Source of the DNA: Monocercomonoides exilis PA203
Lineage: Eukaryota; Protista; Preaxostyla
Direction: 5' to 3'
Assembly: GCA_001643675.2 (NCBI GenBank)
Contig: LSRY02000025.1
Location: 248,001 to 312,000 of the forward strand
Length of the DNA stretch: 64,000 bases
Shown here in pieces: positions 36,281 through 48,950 of the stretch. A program made the translations under genes and the position numbers. The notes under the pieces are model-generated. The model had not been told where the DNA came from, did no database searches, and was given only the letters and a program-made list of their open reading frames with translations. Numbering within the stretch: the first letter of the stretch is position 1; each line of letters starts with the position of its first letter.

Positions 36281-37792
36281 AACTGACTGAAGAAATGCTA
36301 TTTGTGTTTTTACAGCTCTTTCTTCAGAAATGTTGGGATCAATTCAAAAAGAGCTGAAAGAAAAGTTTTCTGATGCTGTTTTGATTTTGTCGTTGAATGT
36401 GATTTTAACTGGGGTACAGGAAGGATATTGCGGAGATATTTCAAGGTGTGGATGAAAATGGAGGGAGATAATAAATAAAAGGAAGAAGAAAAAGTGAATA
36501 TTATTGAAATGTTTTTCATTTTTAATTCACTTATTTTTTCTATTCTTTTTTTCTTTCTTATTAAAATCGATATTTATTCAATTTTTTAATTCATCAATTT
36601 CTGTTTTCCGGTTTTCATGTTCCTTATTAGCTTCAATATTATTATTACGATTTAATTTATATATCTTCTCAGCTTTTCCTAATTCTGAGCGTTCCATGAA
36701 GTTATCCACAGGCCATCTTTCTCTTTCACATTTCGCTTATCAAAAACGAAAATTTGAAAATGCCAGAAACTTCGAAGAAAACGTTGGAATCGAAGGATCC
36801 GTTTCCTCCTTCTCCTTCTCCTTCTCCTTCTTCTCCTTCTCCTTTTCCTCTTTCTCCTTCTCCTTCTTCTCCTTCTCCTTTTCCTCTTTCTCCTTCTTCT
36901 CCTTCTCCTCTTCTTCTTCCACTGATTCATCAAATTTTTGTATTCCATCATCATCAATTTCTCATATTCTTCTTTTCAAATTCAACAGAGTGAAGTCAGA
37001 GAAATTGTTTTGTTGATTTAGCAGCTGCTGATGGTATTTTCTGACTTCGTCCCAATAACGATTTCGCTTTTGTTATCCTTCAACTAAATCGTTTTCTCAT
37101 TCAAAGAGAACACAAACTGTTATATTTTGATACGTTTCACAAGATCATTCAGATGAGCTTTTTTTCAGAATTACACGATGTTTGCAGAATGACATTTGTT
37201 GATATTCTTCTCCAACAAGATTCCTCCATTTCCATTGCCTTCTTTGCATTATCTGCAAGTGCAAGAGACAGGAAAAAAAGGAAGAAGCAAGAAAAACGAA
37301 AAGCATTCATATCTCATTAATTTCATTCAGTCTGTTCATTTTCATCTTCTATTTCAACTTTTTCGTTTCATTCTACCTCATTTTCACGCTTTTACTCACA
37401 TATTCATGCATTATCTATCTTCATTTCAATGATTGTGATCTTTCTTTTCCTCTTCATTCTATTTCGACAAGGAAGGCAACATGTTACTCTTATTAATTGG
37501 ATTTCTGTCTCTTTCAGACAATGAATGGGATGAAAGTGAAGGGCAATGAAACAAAAAATTGGATGAACAACAAAAAAAAGATTTCTGTTTAAAAGAGAAA
37601 GAAGAAAGTTAAAGAAAGAGTGAGAGAGAATTCATTTATGATTGAATTACTTTATTAGAGAATTTGATGAAAAAGAAAATAAAAATAAAAATAAAATAAA
37701 AATTTTTCTATTATTTTCTTTATCATTTAGTGAAATGAATAAAAATGAAAAAGATAGTTTTTGTGTTACAGAATAAAAAACATCTCATTTCC

Positions 37793-39238
37793 TCAAGCGT
37801 TCACAAAATAATCAGAAATATCCGACGAAATTGAATAATAATATTTTTGTTGAAGAAAATCAATTATTTCTTTAAAACTTGCAATGGCATCTTCATATCC
37901 TTCTTCTTCCATCTTTTTAAACACTTTTCTTTTCGCTTCCTTTCTTTCCTCTTCTTTCTTTTCATCTTCCTTCTCTTCTTTCAATCTTTTTGAAAGTTTC
38001 AAAAAGAAATTCAAACAATTCCACATAATATCTTCATCCAAAGTGAATTGCTTCATTTCCTCAAAAAAGAGATCGACAATACCTTCCTTCACCAAAGCAT
38101 CAATTTCCACAGCTGTGTTTTTCGCTGCTCTTCCAAATGTTATGAGGCATTCATCGCGAAGGTCTGGGTAATTATCCTTTGCTGCTAGAAATAATTTCAA
38201 GATGCCCCCTAAAAGCCCAACAAGTTCTGCGTTCCACAATTTGAACGAATCAAAATATTCCTCCAATGTGTTGATCCATCTCCAGATTATAAGCACTTCT
38301 TTCGATTCTTTTCCTCTTCTTTCCTCTTCTTTCTTTCTCTTCCAATCAACACATCTTGTCAGCTCTTCAAGTTCTCTTGCTGCTTCTCTTCCAAAATGCA
38401 GTTCATTCGCAATAACTTCTTCCATGTTTCCGTCAATGTTCATTCGGAAAATCAAAAACTGCCAAGCAGACTGATAGGCAAGCTGTGTCAAATTGTGATG
38501 CTCTTGATGATATTTGATGATTTCTTTGAGTTCACTCAAATACAGTTTTTGCCTCAAAAACTTATTAGAAATAAGAAAAATTAGAAAAATAAGAAAAACA
38601 TGCAAAAATATAAAAAAGGAAATAGAAATACTCAAACTTTATATACGCAAATGTAACGTAATGCTAATAAAGCCATTTCCACTTCCTTCTGAGCCTCATC
38701 GTTTTCCTCCTTCTTCAACGCAGCTTTCAGAAGACGAGGCACACAAATAGAAAGCATTTCCGAAGTGAAGTTGTAACTGAGAAAAAAATAGCATTCGCAA
38801 AGGTCAACAAGAAGATTATCATTCTTTTCCTCTTTTTTCCCATTTTTATCAATTATCATCTTTTCAAATCTTCCGCTCAGCGAAGAAGCATCAAAGTGAA
38901 TGTTCCATACATTTTTCAATCCTTTCCAATATCCAATGTATTTCAACAATAGAATGGCATTCTCCAAAGCCAGTTTCTTTTCTTCAATCATTTCATGAAT
39001 TTTGTTGAATATTTGAACACCAAAAATAAGATTAGAGCCAAATTTATTCATTTCTTCAACTATTTCATTCATTTCTTCAATTTTCTGTTTCTGCTCAGCG
39101 TCGGTGCATTGTTCCAACTGTGAGAGTTTCTCTTTAATAATGTTCAAAAAAGAAAAAAATAAAAACAATAAACAATCATCTGTTCATTCAACCATTCATT
39201 TCTTATAATTTCTGGCATACCCAGAAACGTTTGTTCAT
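37793..39238 (-). CDS. Family A, copy 3
   Basis: ORFs 38632..39168 and 37793..38635 with family motifs. Putative micro-exon MNKRFW from 39238 followed by a GTATGC donor. Confidence 0.8.
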
Positions 39239-39749
39239 CTGAATGTCTCTGTGAAATCACAAAATAAACCCAAAACAATTATTAAATTCATTTTCGAAAT
39301 ATTCGTGTTTTGTTCAAATAAAAAGAATTAAAAACGCAAAGTCAAATATCTAATAAAATGCAGGATTCGAAACATCTTTTTCCATCAATGATTTTTGCCT
39401 CAAAACAAGCAAATCTTTGAAGCAAAATGATCTATTTTAAGTAAAGAAATAAGGGTTCACAACCCATAATTTTATAAGAAAAGATTTTTGATTGATGATT
39501 TGCTGCAGCCAGAGCATGCTTGAGCTGCTTAGGTTTACTTCCATAGATGCAACCATGCAAGTTATAGCACTGCAGAAGGGCAATAATTTTGCATGCAGAT
39601 GGAGGAGTGAGTGGCTGTTTGCATCGATTGTTTGCGAAAAGTGAATTGATGGAGAAAAATTGCATGAAATACGAACATGGCTATATATCGCAAAATACAT
39701 GATGCAACATCTGCTGCAATATTTTGAAAGAGAAAAACTCAAGAAAGAT

Positions 39750-40105
39750 ACAAAATGAGCGAGCAGAATATTAGAAAGATTGAATTGAACCGCTTGTTCA
39801 TTTCAGGGAAGTGGAGTGTACTTGGCATATCATTTGAGCAGGATTTGTTTAGCATGGTTTTGTTTGGAGGTTGGCTTTGCGGAAAAGGAAAGGGAATTTA
39901 GTGGTTGGACAATGGAGGAAGCGAGTTGAACAAAACATCCAACAGGCCTTAACAACAAACGCATTGCCATTTACGCGAAACCCTTTGGAAAGTCATCATC
40001 AAAGACATGACGTTGAATTGGATTTTGAAAAGGAGATAATTTGGAGAATATGTGTTTTCATTTGGAATCATGGCCAACTTCACAATGGATTCTCTGCTAT
40101 CGATG
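39750..40105. repeat. Diverged repeat Y; inverted copy at 48583-48950 (probable pseudogene remnant)
   Basis: cacaatggattctctgct matches the reverse complement of agcagagaatccattgtg; peptides DSRESIVKLAMIPNENTYSPN / ESRESIVKLIMVSDENIYSPN. Confidence 0.65.
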
Positions 40106-41557
40106 ATGTTCTGTTCCATCCATTTATTGTCCAGTTGAATGCTTTTTTTAATGTAGCAAGAGGCAATCTTAGAGAACAAGAAAGCCAGCTGGATCGATAA
40201 TTTTTTATTTATTGGAGATGGGAAAATAATTCGAGACCAAAAAGATGGTTTGATTTTTTTTTTTTTTTGCATTCATGTTTCTTTTAAGGTGTTCTTTCAA
40301 TGAATACAAATTGATCATGCACAGAAATACCACAAAGAGAGAGAAGCCATTTTATCCTTTTTGAAAAGAGCCAGAAGTTTTGAGATTATTCTTGTTTGGA
40401 TAGCATTCAACGATGGCATTCATGACTTCTGCCATCTGTTTTGTATGAACCATAGCCTGACAGTGCTTGACGTGAGCGTGAAAGAGAGAAAAAGCAGTTT
40501 ATTTGGCTTATTTGTTGAGAGTGTTTGACAGAAGCGACTCTTTCATCAGAGCAGATGGGCTGGCTGGACATTCACTTTCAGTTTTTTTGTGATTTGTCAT
40601 AACTTTTTGTCATTTCAGAAAACTGTTTGATAGAAACATCCAACTGGAAGATTTTTTTTGCAAGACTCGCAATTTTGATGAAATAAACAGAATTGGAATA
40701 AGATGTGAAAAGGATTTTAGAAACTTTAAATTGGAATCAAAAATTGGAGGATTTCCAAAAGGAGAAGTGAAAAAGGAGAGAAGATGCAGCAATGGACTGA
40801 AAAATAAGGAAAAATGATTGTGGAAAAGAAAAGTTACATTGAGGGGAAATGGAGGAAATAATAACAAAAAGAGAAGAAATAGTGAGAACCAAACAATTCT
40901 GGAGAGAGAGAGAGAGAGTCATTCCATTGGAGAAAGGAAGGAAGGAAGGAAGGAAGGAAGATAGATAGATAAACGAAGACTTGCTGTTGGAGAAGAACAA
41001 CTGAAAGAGAGAAAAGGAGAAGAAGGATTGAGACACTCTTTGTTGGATGGCTGGTTCGCTCGACCTTCATGTGAATGGAATGTTTCATCTATTATTCCAG
41101 GTAAAGCAACAGATTGGAGTATATCATCTGTCATTGTCCACTCCAATGGTGCAAATGGAAATATTTTTTTTGGAAGAAAAGAAAGATTCAGCATTATTGT
41201 TGTTGAAGGGAGAACGAAAGGGAACTCAACAATTTCAGCTGATGCAAATGAACTCAAAAGCGGGTGAGAAGACAAAGCGATAAAAAAAGTGAATAAAAAT
41301 AACATGTTCAGCTGAATCGACAGGAAAACGTTGCGAAAACTCATCAGTCGAAGATTTTACATGCATCAGCATCATTCCATCTGATAGCGCGCCAGTTGCG
41401 ACAGAAACATTTCAATGGTCAATGATCGTTTCATGTCATGCACAATATGTTTTATATACAGCGTTGTTAATTTTGGTGATTTTTGTTTTGCCGAATATTC
41501 TACTGGAAATACTGCAGACTTCTTCTCATATGGCTCAACTTCATCACAAGCCACTCC

Positions 41558-41593
<36 letters not shown>

Positions 41594-42394
41594 ATTCACA
41601 ATATCTGCTCGTCTTCTTCATCATATTTTATTGCTGACAGCCGTATTTGGCAATCTTCTTCTGCATCGTCTTCGTCTTCTTCCTTCTTTGGTATTCGAAA
41701 TGAGCGAATATTGAGTGAATGTGATTAAAATCCATTCTTTTTGAGCATTGCTCGAAAAGATATTGCTTTTGGAGATTCTTTTTTTGGAAAATGTTAATAA
41801 CCTTTTACCCAACACAGATGAATGAAACAAGTAGAAGATGGCAAAAGATTAAAAAGGTTACACATGGAAGACTAGGAAATCAGCTAAACCGAAAAGAGAG
41901 ACAAGTCTCTTTCACAGAAATGGATTTGGCACTTTCTTTTCATTGAGTGTTTTTTTGGAGAATTATTATCTTGTTCTGATGGAATAACCATTTGATTCAC
42001 AATTCAATTTGTTGGAAATTTGAAACAGATGGCAGACATTGAATATCAGAAGACATTTGTTTCTTCAAAATCTTCTTCATCATCTTCATTGGCAATTCAA
42101 TCAACTCTCTCACTCACTGATTTATCCTTCAACATTTCATCCATCTGTCAGTTCTGCTGCTGATTTTTCTTCAATGTTTATCTCTCTTGAAGCTCATCTC
42201 TTTCGACAAAAATCATCATTGTTCTTCTTCTTCATCACCATTTTTTTAAAAACGCATTTTGTTTCAAATTCTTCTTGAATAGCCATCAACAAACATGAAA
42301 CGCTCCACAACTGATATTTCTTCGTTCTTCTTGTTCTTCTATCATCATCAACATTATCTTTGAAAAAAGCATGAGAGTTTCAAACAGAATTTCT

Positions 42395-42714
42395 TTTTCT
42401 TCTTCTTCTCCTTCTTCTTCTCCTCTTTCCAGTTGCACCTTCCCCATGAATAGGCGTTCTGCACGCAACTTTGATCACATCTTTGAAGAGATGCTTATCT
42501 CTCTCATTGTCTTTATGAGTAAGCACCCAGGCAGACCTCTCTTCAACATCGATGAATGGACACTGGTTGCAAAATGTGTCAAAGGAAAGCAAAAAATCCA
42601 TTGGAATCAGCTGGGCTGTATTTCACAGCAGACAAATGTGAACAGCCGGTTGATGTTTTGTGATCAGCTGAAGAGAGTTGGATTCTTCGTATGTTTGAGA
42701 GAGAAACCATTCTT
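42395..42714. repeat. Repeat X, copy 2, abutting the DIRS terminus
   Basis: Direct copy of 12790-13120; similarity stops at cattctt. Confidence 0.85.
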
Positions 42715-43649
42715 GATAGAACGCAGTGAGCAGGATTTGCTCCGAAATAATGAGTTTGATCTTAAATTATGGGTGGTTTAAGTGAAAAACTTCGCCCTCC
42801 CCAATGACGTGGAAAAAAGGGCGAGATGAAAAAACAAAACAATAACATTAAAAAAAAAATAATGCATTGTCCGCTCCACTTCACCACCTACTTCGCCTTT
42901 TGCCATGGTCTCGAAGACCAGAGGGCAGGGGGCATACCCCTCGGAGCTCCCTCCTGCAGGCTGTGCAGGGATCCGGTGAGGCGAAAGTTAAAAACGGAGC
43001 AGAAAGAAAAACCACTCTCGTTTTCACGAGGCGTGGAAAAGAAAACTGCGTGCACTCTGCTCTGCCTCCCGCTCTTCTACTGATCCAGCAGAGCAAATCC
43101 GCTCGCCACACGCTGTATGGACCAGTCTGACTCTTCTCTTTGCACTTCCTTGCCATGAATTAAAGGAGTAAGGTTCTTCTTAACGGTTTCACTAACTTTC
43201 CTGTTTATCAATACAGGTTATGGATGCACTTGATATCTCTGGACGGTTTCTATCTTTCTATCTCCCCTGCTATCTCGCCACTTTTTTCTCGTCCTATTCT
43301 TCACCACATGTTTCTCTCTCGTTCTCTCACCCAGCCGCTCTGAGTCTCTCCATCCGCGTTAGTATTATTTCGGAGCAAATCCTGCTCACTGCGTTCTATC
43401 AATTCGCAATAGAGCGAATATACGAACGCAAGGAGCAGGTTTGCTCCTCAATAATGAGTTTTGAAATCCCTCGTTCTCTTCTCTCCTCTGATCTTAAACC
43501 CTCATGCCTAGCACCTTGCCGTGCGGCGGATGAACAGAGGGACTGCGGATGAAGGTGCGGCCTCTATCCCTACTCCCTCCCCCTCTTGCGCTGTTTTCGG
43601 GGGGTTCTCGATCGGGTCTTCTGTACTTGAGCGGGCATGACAATTTGTC

Positions 43650-44852
43650 CTATGCTTCTCTCTCCGCGTTTCCCCCGATCGGTTTCGAGCTTCTTCTGCA
43701 AGGCAGTTTGTCTCTTCTCGGTTTATCCCCCACATAGGTCATTAGGAATATTTCTATGTCTTTCCCATCAATCTTAGTCTCTCTAAATAGATAAATAGAA
43801 TCCAGCACTTTTCGAACTGTCTGATTAATCACTCCACTTGAGAGGTTCGTATTCGTTAGTGTTTCAATGAACTCCGCCATAATCCACTTTGCATCTTTGT
43901 TTGTGAGGGGGTCAGTGTCATCCATGCTCTCTCTATCTAGGAACTGCTTGAATCTTCGCAGCGCTCTCCTCGTATCTCTTTCGCTCTTTTGATTTCTAAG
44001 TATTGCTGCTGCTATCTCTTTTGCTCCAACGTGTTCTCCCCATGTTAAGAAGAGGTCTCTCCCCTGAATATTCTCTTCTCCAGTATAACGCTTATAACCT
44101 CTCCTGGGGGTAGTTTCCAGCCTTGCCTTCTCATCTTGGTTCCCGGAATCATGCACTCCTGAAAGGTCCCCAGGGTCCTTATCAAATGCCCAGGCTGCAG
44201 TAGCGGAGTCCAGGTCTGCCCCTGCCAAGCTGGCAGAATCAGAATCGTCAGTTCCCTCCGAGCTTCCTTCTCCTTCTCTTTCAGGGTCTGTCCAATATTT
44301 CTCAGGAACGGATGGACAAGCACTATGTCGTCTTCTGGTGTTCCTCTCTCTCTCTTCCTTTTCAGAGAGAATAGTCTCCAAGTACTTCCGCAGGACACTG
44401 GCGCAATCGGTTCTGAAATTATATCTAGTGTTCTCGGTGCGATTGTCTGAAATATCTCTGCGACTTTCTCCCCCCTCAGTGCATAGTCCGGCTTTCTCGC
44501 CATCCGGCTGAGTGCATCTGCCTCCGTGTTCTGCTCTCCCGGGAGATGTTCCGTTTGTATCGTAATGTCCAGGCTGTTCAGTTTCTTCAACAATTCTCTC
44601 AGTGTTGGAATGTGCGATGGCGCTCCCTTCTTCTTCTGTATTGTCCATCTCGTGGACATATTGTCTGTCTTCAGACGAATCTGGTCTATCTTTTGTTGTT
44701 GCAGCCACGCTCCCTTTCTCTCTAGTGTCCTCAACACTGCTCTGAACTCCTTCTCGTTGGTTGCTAACGCACTCTCCCGGGGTGTCCAACTTCCGTAAAC
44801 AAATATTCTCTCCTTTTTGTTCTCCCTCGGGATTGTTAATACTGCACCCCAA
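43650..44852 (-). pseudogene. YR-frame ORF of copy 2, with the catalytic core deleted
   Basis: Collinear with copy 1 up to KDIEIFL, then jumps to 3' sequence. No IRPAEL, YSIRH or EYY motifs. Confidence 0.75.
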
Positions 44853-45205
44853 CCCAGCTCTGACGAATCCGTTGTTAGATCTGCTGATCTGATCCTTCTC
44901 TTCAGACTCCTAGGCCTGTTCTCTTTCAGGGTTTTCCTCCAGTGTGTTAATTCTTCCAGTATCATTGGGCTGACTGTCACCGTTCCCTTCCAGCCTCCGC
45001 AGGCTATTGCCTGCCTCAGCACGTATTGCATGCGCTTCATCCACAAGCTCGCTAGTGGGTGTTGTAACCTCACAAAATTCAGTCTCCCGAGGAGTGCTGC
45101 AAGATCTTTTGTCCTTTGTCTCTTCCTTTCCTTTGCATATCCAATCCAGGTTTGCACATCCTCCATCAGCAGCTCTCTCTTCCTCTCCTGGAGTGTCACT
45201 TCCAT
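44045..45205 (-). CDS. RNase H/MT ORF of DIRS copy 2
   Basis: Nearly identical to 25337..26497. Confidence 0.8.
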   Translation of the reverse strand: MEVTLQERKRELLMEDVQTWIGYAKERKRQRTKDLAALLGRLNFVRLQHPLASLWMKRMQYVLRQAIACGGWKGTVTVSPMILEELTHWRKTLKENRPRSLKRRIRSADLTTDSSELGWGAVLTIPRENKKERIFVYGSWTPRESALATNEKEFRAVLRTLERKGAWLQQQKIDQIRLKTDNMSTRWTIQKKKGAPSHIPTLRELLKKLNSLDITIQTEHLPGEQNTEADALSRMARKPDYALRGEKVAEIFQTIAPRTLDIISEPIAPVSCGSTWRLFSLKRKRERGTPEDDIVLVHPFLRNIGQTLKEKEKEARRELTILILPAWQGQTWTPLLQPGHLIRTLGTFQECMIPGTKMRRQGWKLPPGEVISVILEKRIFRGETSS

Positions 45206-45253
45206 CTTCTCTGAGTTCCATATCCATCCCAGAAACTCTACACTCCTTGTGGG

Positions 45254-46243
45254 TTACAAGTTCAATTTCTCTTCTGAATGCGTCCATCCCAGACTCCTCA
45301 GGAACTGGGCTATCTCCTGTGAGATCAATCTCAATGCATCCCTGTCTGGGTGTATAAGGAGAATGTCGTCCAGATATATTACTAGCTGCACTTTCCACTT
45401 TTCTCTGATATATGACTCCGCCCGTCTCATTATTTTCGTGAAAACTCTGGGCGCGTCCTTTGCCCCAAATGGCATCCCATTGTTAGCATAGCATTGACTT
45501 TGAAAGCTGAAGCACAGATAGGGACTGAATTGCTCGTCCACTTTGACATGTTGGTATACACTCGATATGTCCCGAGTGGTCATCCAGTCGTTCTTCTCCA
45601 GGAGTTCCACCACTATCTCCTGGGAATCCATCTTGAAGTGTTTTCCCTGCACTTCCTCGTTTAGCGCCCTGCAATCTAGTATCTTTCTCCACTTTCCGTT
45701 CTTCTTTATCACCATGAATGTCGGATTGAACCACTTCACCTCCGACTCCTGTATGGGCTTCACCACTCCGTCCTTCAATTCCTCCTCCAAGAGGGATAAA
45801 TAATTGTTCGTCATCTCCGTTTTCCCTCGAAACTCTTGTCTGTGTTTTATCTCCTCGAGTGAGATTGGGGACTGGGGACTTTTCCATCGAGCTCTTATTC
45901 CACGGCTCACTTGTTTGTCTCCCCCAATCTTCTTCCACTTGCTCAGCCTGTTCATTAATCTCCCCGGAAGTGGTTCCTTCGGTGGTCCACTCTCCATACT
46001 CCTCCTCACTTCTGGGATCCTGCGGACATAATGGATCTGTGTATTCCATTCTCCTTCGAGAGAATCGAATATAGCAGTCCTCGAGCTCCCCTCCCGTGCA
46101 CTCCCAATTGGGTGCTCGATAACAATCCCAGAAGCTCTCAAGACTCTCTTCTCTTCCTCCTTCTCGGATTTCTGCTCGTTCTTCTGTTTTGTCTTGCGGG
46201 GATCTACGGAGTCTTTTTCTGTGTTCTCTTTCCGAATTTTCAT
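45254..46243 (-). CDS. Reverse transcriptase of DIRS copy 2 (same in-frame TAA before RNase H)
   Basis: YLDD and MPFG motifs; nearly identical to the copy 1 core. Confidence 0.85.
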   Translation of the reverse strand: MKIRKENTEKDSVDPRKTKQKNEQKSEKEEEKRVLRASGIVIEHPIGSAREGSSRTAIFDSLEGEWNTQIHYVRRIPEVRRSMESGPPKEPLPGRLMNRLSKWKKIGGDKQVSRGIRARWKSPQSPISLEEIKHRQEFRGKTEMTNNYLSLLEEELKDGVVKPIQESEVKWFNPTFMVIKKNGKWRKILDCRALNEEVQGKHFKMDSQEIVVELLEKNDWMTTRDISSVYQHVKVDEQFSPYLCFSFQSQCYANNGMPFGAKDAPRVFTKIMRRAESYIREKWKVQLVIYLDDILLIHPDRDALRLISQEIAQFLRSLGWTHSEEKLNL

Positions 46244-46496
46244 CTAGTGATCTTCCGATGTTTCTTGTTCTATCGTCTTCTCACCATCTAGTGCAACAAT
46301 CGCATTTCTGATATTCTCACGATATTACTCGGACTCTGTCTTTTTATCCATCTCTCGATTGAATGGGATTCCTTGCCGCATTGTCACTCCCTCGGGATTC
46401 GATAGCATTCCGTTTATCTCTGTCTCGCTGTAAAGCGCGACTCTCTCTTCTTTCTCTGTCTCACAACACAATGCGGCTTAATTCCCCCTCGCTTCT

Positions 46497-47734
46497 TCAA
46501 GGCCCATTGGCACGATCCCGTAGCTGTTCCAGTTGTTGATCCTCCCTGTATCCTCGGGGGAGCTGGGAGAAGGGGAACTGTGATCGAGGCCACTCTCCCA
46601 GCTGATGCTGGTGCATACTGTGTGGTAGGGCTTGTGTTGACCTTATTCTTTCTTTGAAATTCGTGAAGCTCCCATCGAAGCCACGCTTTTGGAGCTGTCT
46701 GAAAACGAAGCCTTGAGCGTTCCTGCCTATTCTGTTCCTCCATGCGCGTCCACTCCTGGCTGGGACAAGGCTGAAGGCTGTGGGAGAAGCGGGGGATGCT
46801 CCGTTCCCTGGAACATCCCACTCTGGACGAAAAAAGCTTGTGCTCTCCACCAACCTCCTCAGGCTCTCTGGGACGTCCTTGGACGTTCCCCCTTCAAGGA
46901 AGCACTTCACATTCTCCCAGTTTGACTGGGGTATAACTTTTAGAAGATTAATCCGGCTGATACAGTCTGCAATCAGGGCATATGAACAAAAGAGTCCCCT
47001 CAATCGCTCCTTCTCTTCTTCCTCTAAATGTGTCTTCCTCAATTCTCTTGTTGTAAGGGCGGCGATCACCTTGGCAGCTTCAAACCCCGATTTGAGAGCG
47101 GGTTGGAGCAATTCAATGACTCGAACAGCTTCTGGTGAGTCCTTCCTTCCTTTAGCCATAACCCCCGTCACGGCCAAGGAATTCCAGCTCGCATCCGTAT
47201 GTCCGGTGAAATAATTCTTTTCGATCTCTGGAATAAACGTATTTTATATATCATCGTTTATCTTTATTTATCCAGCCTTGCAAAAATCCATGAATTTTCT
47301 CAACCCGCCCGCCTGCCTCCGGGGCGTCAGTCATTCGTATGGGAAAATTCCCACAAAGTCCATTGATCCCTCTTCATCATCCCGCTCTTCTGTCCCTTCA
47401 AATTCACTATCGCTGTCCTCTTCGTCTTTCAACTTCTTCATTTGACAAAGTGTGCGACAGCCCCTCAACGGCTGTCTGTGTTTCTTCTTCGTGATCAAAT
47501 CTGAAAAATCTGATTCCGACTCCGACTTGCTCGATCTCGACTGGGATCTTATTCTTCATCGCTCTCTCTTCTCGTTCTTCATTGGTATCATCATCGCAGC
47601 TCCGGACTGAGTTGAACATGTTTGGATCCAAGCGAATTCTTCTATCACATTTTCCACTCTCTCAGTCTTTGCTCAAGATGAATATCCTTTCACTCTCCAT
47701 CTTTGTTTGATAGTCTAACAGGTTCTTGTTGCAT
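46497..47734 (-). pseudogene. gag-like ORF1 of DIRS copy 2 (disrupted, diverged from copy 1)
   Basis: AKGRKDSPEA..ELLQPA..SGFEAAK..EEEKERLRGLF aligns to the copy 1 gag. The 5' part is interrupted. Confidence 0.65.
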
Positions 47735-48582
47735 TTTCGGTGCGGACAATGGTGTCAAAAACGAGTTTGAGTATTTGCGAAGTTTGATCTCAAACTACTC
47801 ATAAATTTTTAACATTATTAATAATCAAGGAGCAAACCTGCTCCCTGCGTTTGTTGATTCGCTCTATTGCGAATTGATAGAACACAGTGATACAGACTTT
47901 CTCCGAGATAATAAAAACGCAGATGGAGAGACGATGAGCGACTGTGTGCGAATGAAAGCGACATGCCAGTGAGAAGATGACGAGAAAAAAAGGGAGAGAT
48001 TTTCACGGGAAGAAAGAAAGATCAACCGCCCGATGTCACAAGTGTGTACAGATAACCTGGATAAAGAAACATGGGACGAAGAAACAGTTTAAATATGATC
48101 CCACTCCTTTAATCGTTGTTGAATATGTTGCAAAGAGAAGAATAAAATTTCATATATGCAGTGAGTGGTGTTTTGGGGTTGCTCCGCTGATGGAGCAGAA
48201 GAGCGTGAGGCAGAGCGCTGCACAAGCAGTTTTCTTTTCCACGCCTCGCGAAAGCGAGAGTGGTTTTTCTTTCAGCTCCAAACAGAACTCTCTCCCCACA
48301 GGATCCCTGCACGATCTGTGGGAGACAGCTCCGAGGGGCAATGTCTTCTGCCCTCTGGTCTTCGTAACCAAGGCAAAAAGGCGAAGTCGGTGGTGAAGTG
48401 AAGCGGACAATGCATTATTTCATTTAACAATTTAAACATTATTGCAAAATTTTTTCATCTCGCCCTTTTTTCCACGTCATATTTGGGAGGGCGAAGTTCT
48501 CACTTAAACCGCCCATATATCGTGAACAATACTCAGTGTCTCGGAGAAAACCTGCTTTGTTTCTGCGGTCTATCTCAAAAAA

Positions 48583-48950
48583 CATTGAAAGCAGAGAATC
48601 CATTGTGAAACTTATCATGGTATCAGATGAAAACATATATTCTCCAAATTTACAAAAAAATACACTCCTTTTTAAAGTCTTAAACACTGCCAAGTCTTTG
48701 CTGATAGCTTTCCAACAGCCTTCGCGTGAAATGCAAATGCGATTGTTATTTAGGCCTGTTGAATGTTTTGAACAACATACTTCCTCAATTGTCCAATATC
48801 GAATTCCATTTTCTTTTCCACGAAACCAACCTTCCCCCAAAAATCACGCAAAGCAAGTCATGCGCAAAAGATATGCCAAGTGCACTGCAATTCCCTCGAA
48901 ATGTACAAGATATGCAATTCTTTCTTTCAAACATTCTCCTCACTTTTTCT
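48583..48950. repeat. Repeat Y, copy 2, abutting the right DIRS arm
   Basis: Inverted homolog of 39750-40105. Confidence 0.65.

Larger units (their letters stand above)
42713..48577 (-). mobile_element. DIRS-like YR retrotransposon, copy 2, with long inverted terminal arms (42713-43450 / ~47827-48577) and an internal complementary region
   Basis: Same gag/RT/RH/YR set as copy 1. The arms are diverged reverse complements (e.g. ataatgcattgtccgctccacttcaccacc vs ggtggtgaagtgaagcggacaatgcattat). Perfect 39-bp inverted repeat at 42713-42751 / 43364-43402. Confidence 0.88.

Noticed and set aside
42860-43140. Structured ncRNA or hammerhead ribozyme in the GC-rich arm
   Set aside because: No CUGANGA/GAAA core or tRNA-like fold recognised by eye; a covariance search would be needed.
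42713-48577. LTR retrotransposon or DDE transposon
   Set aside because: Terminal repeats are inverted, there is no integrase, protease or TSD, and the RT/RH/YR set is DIRS-type.
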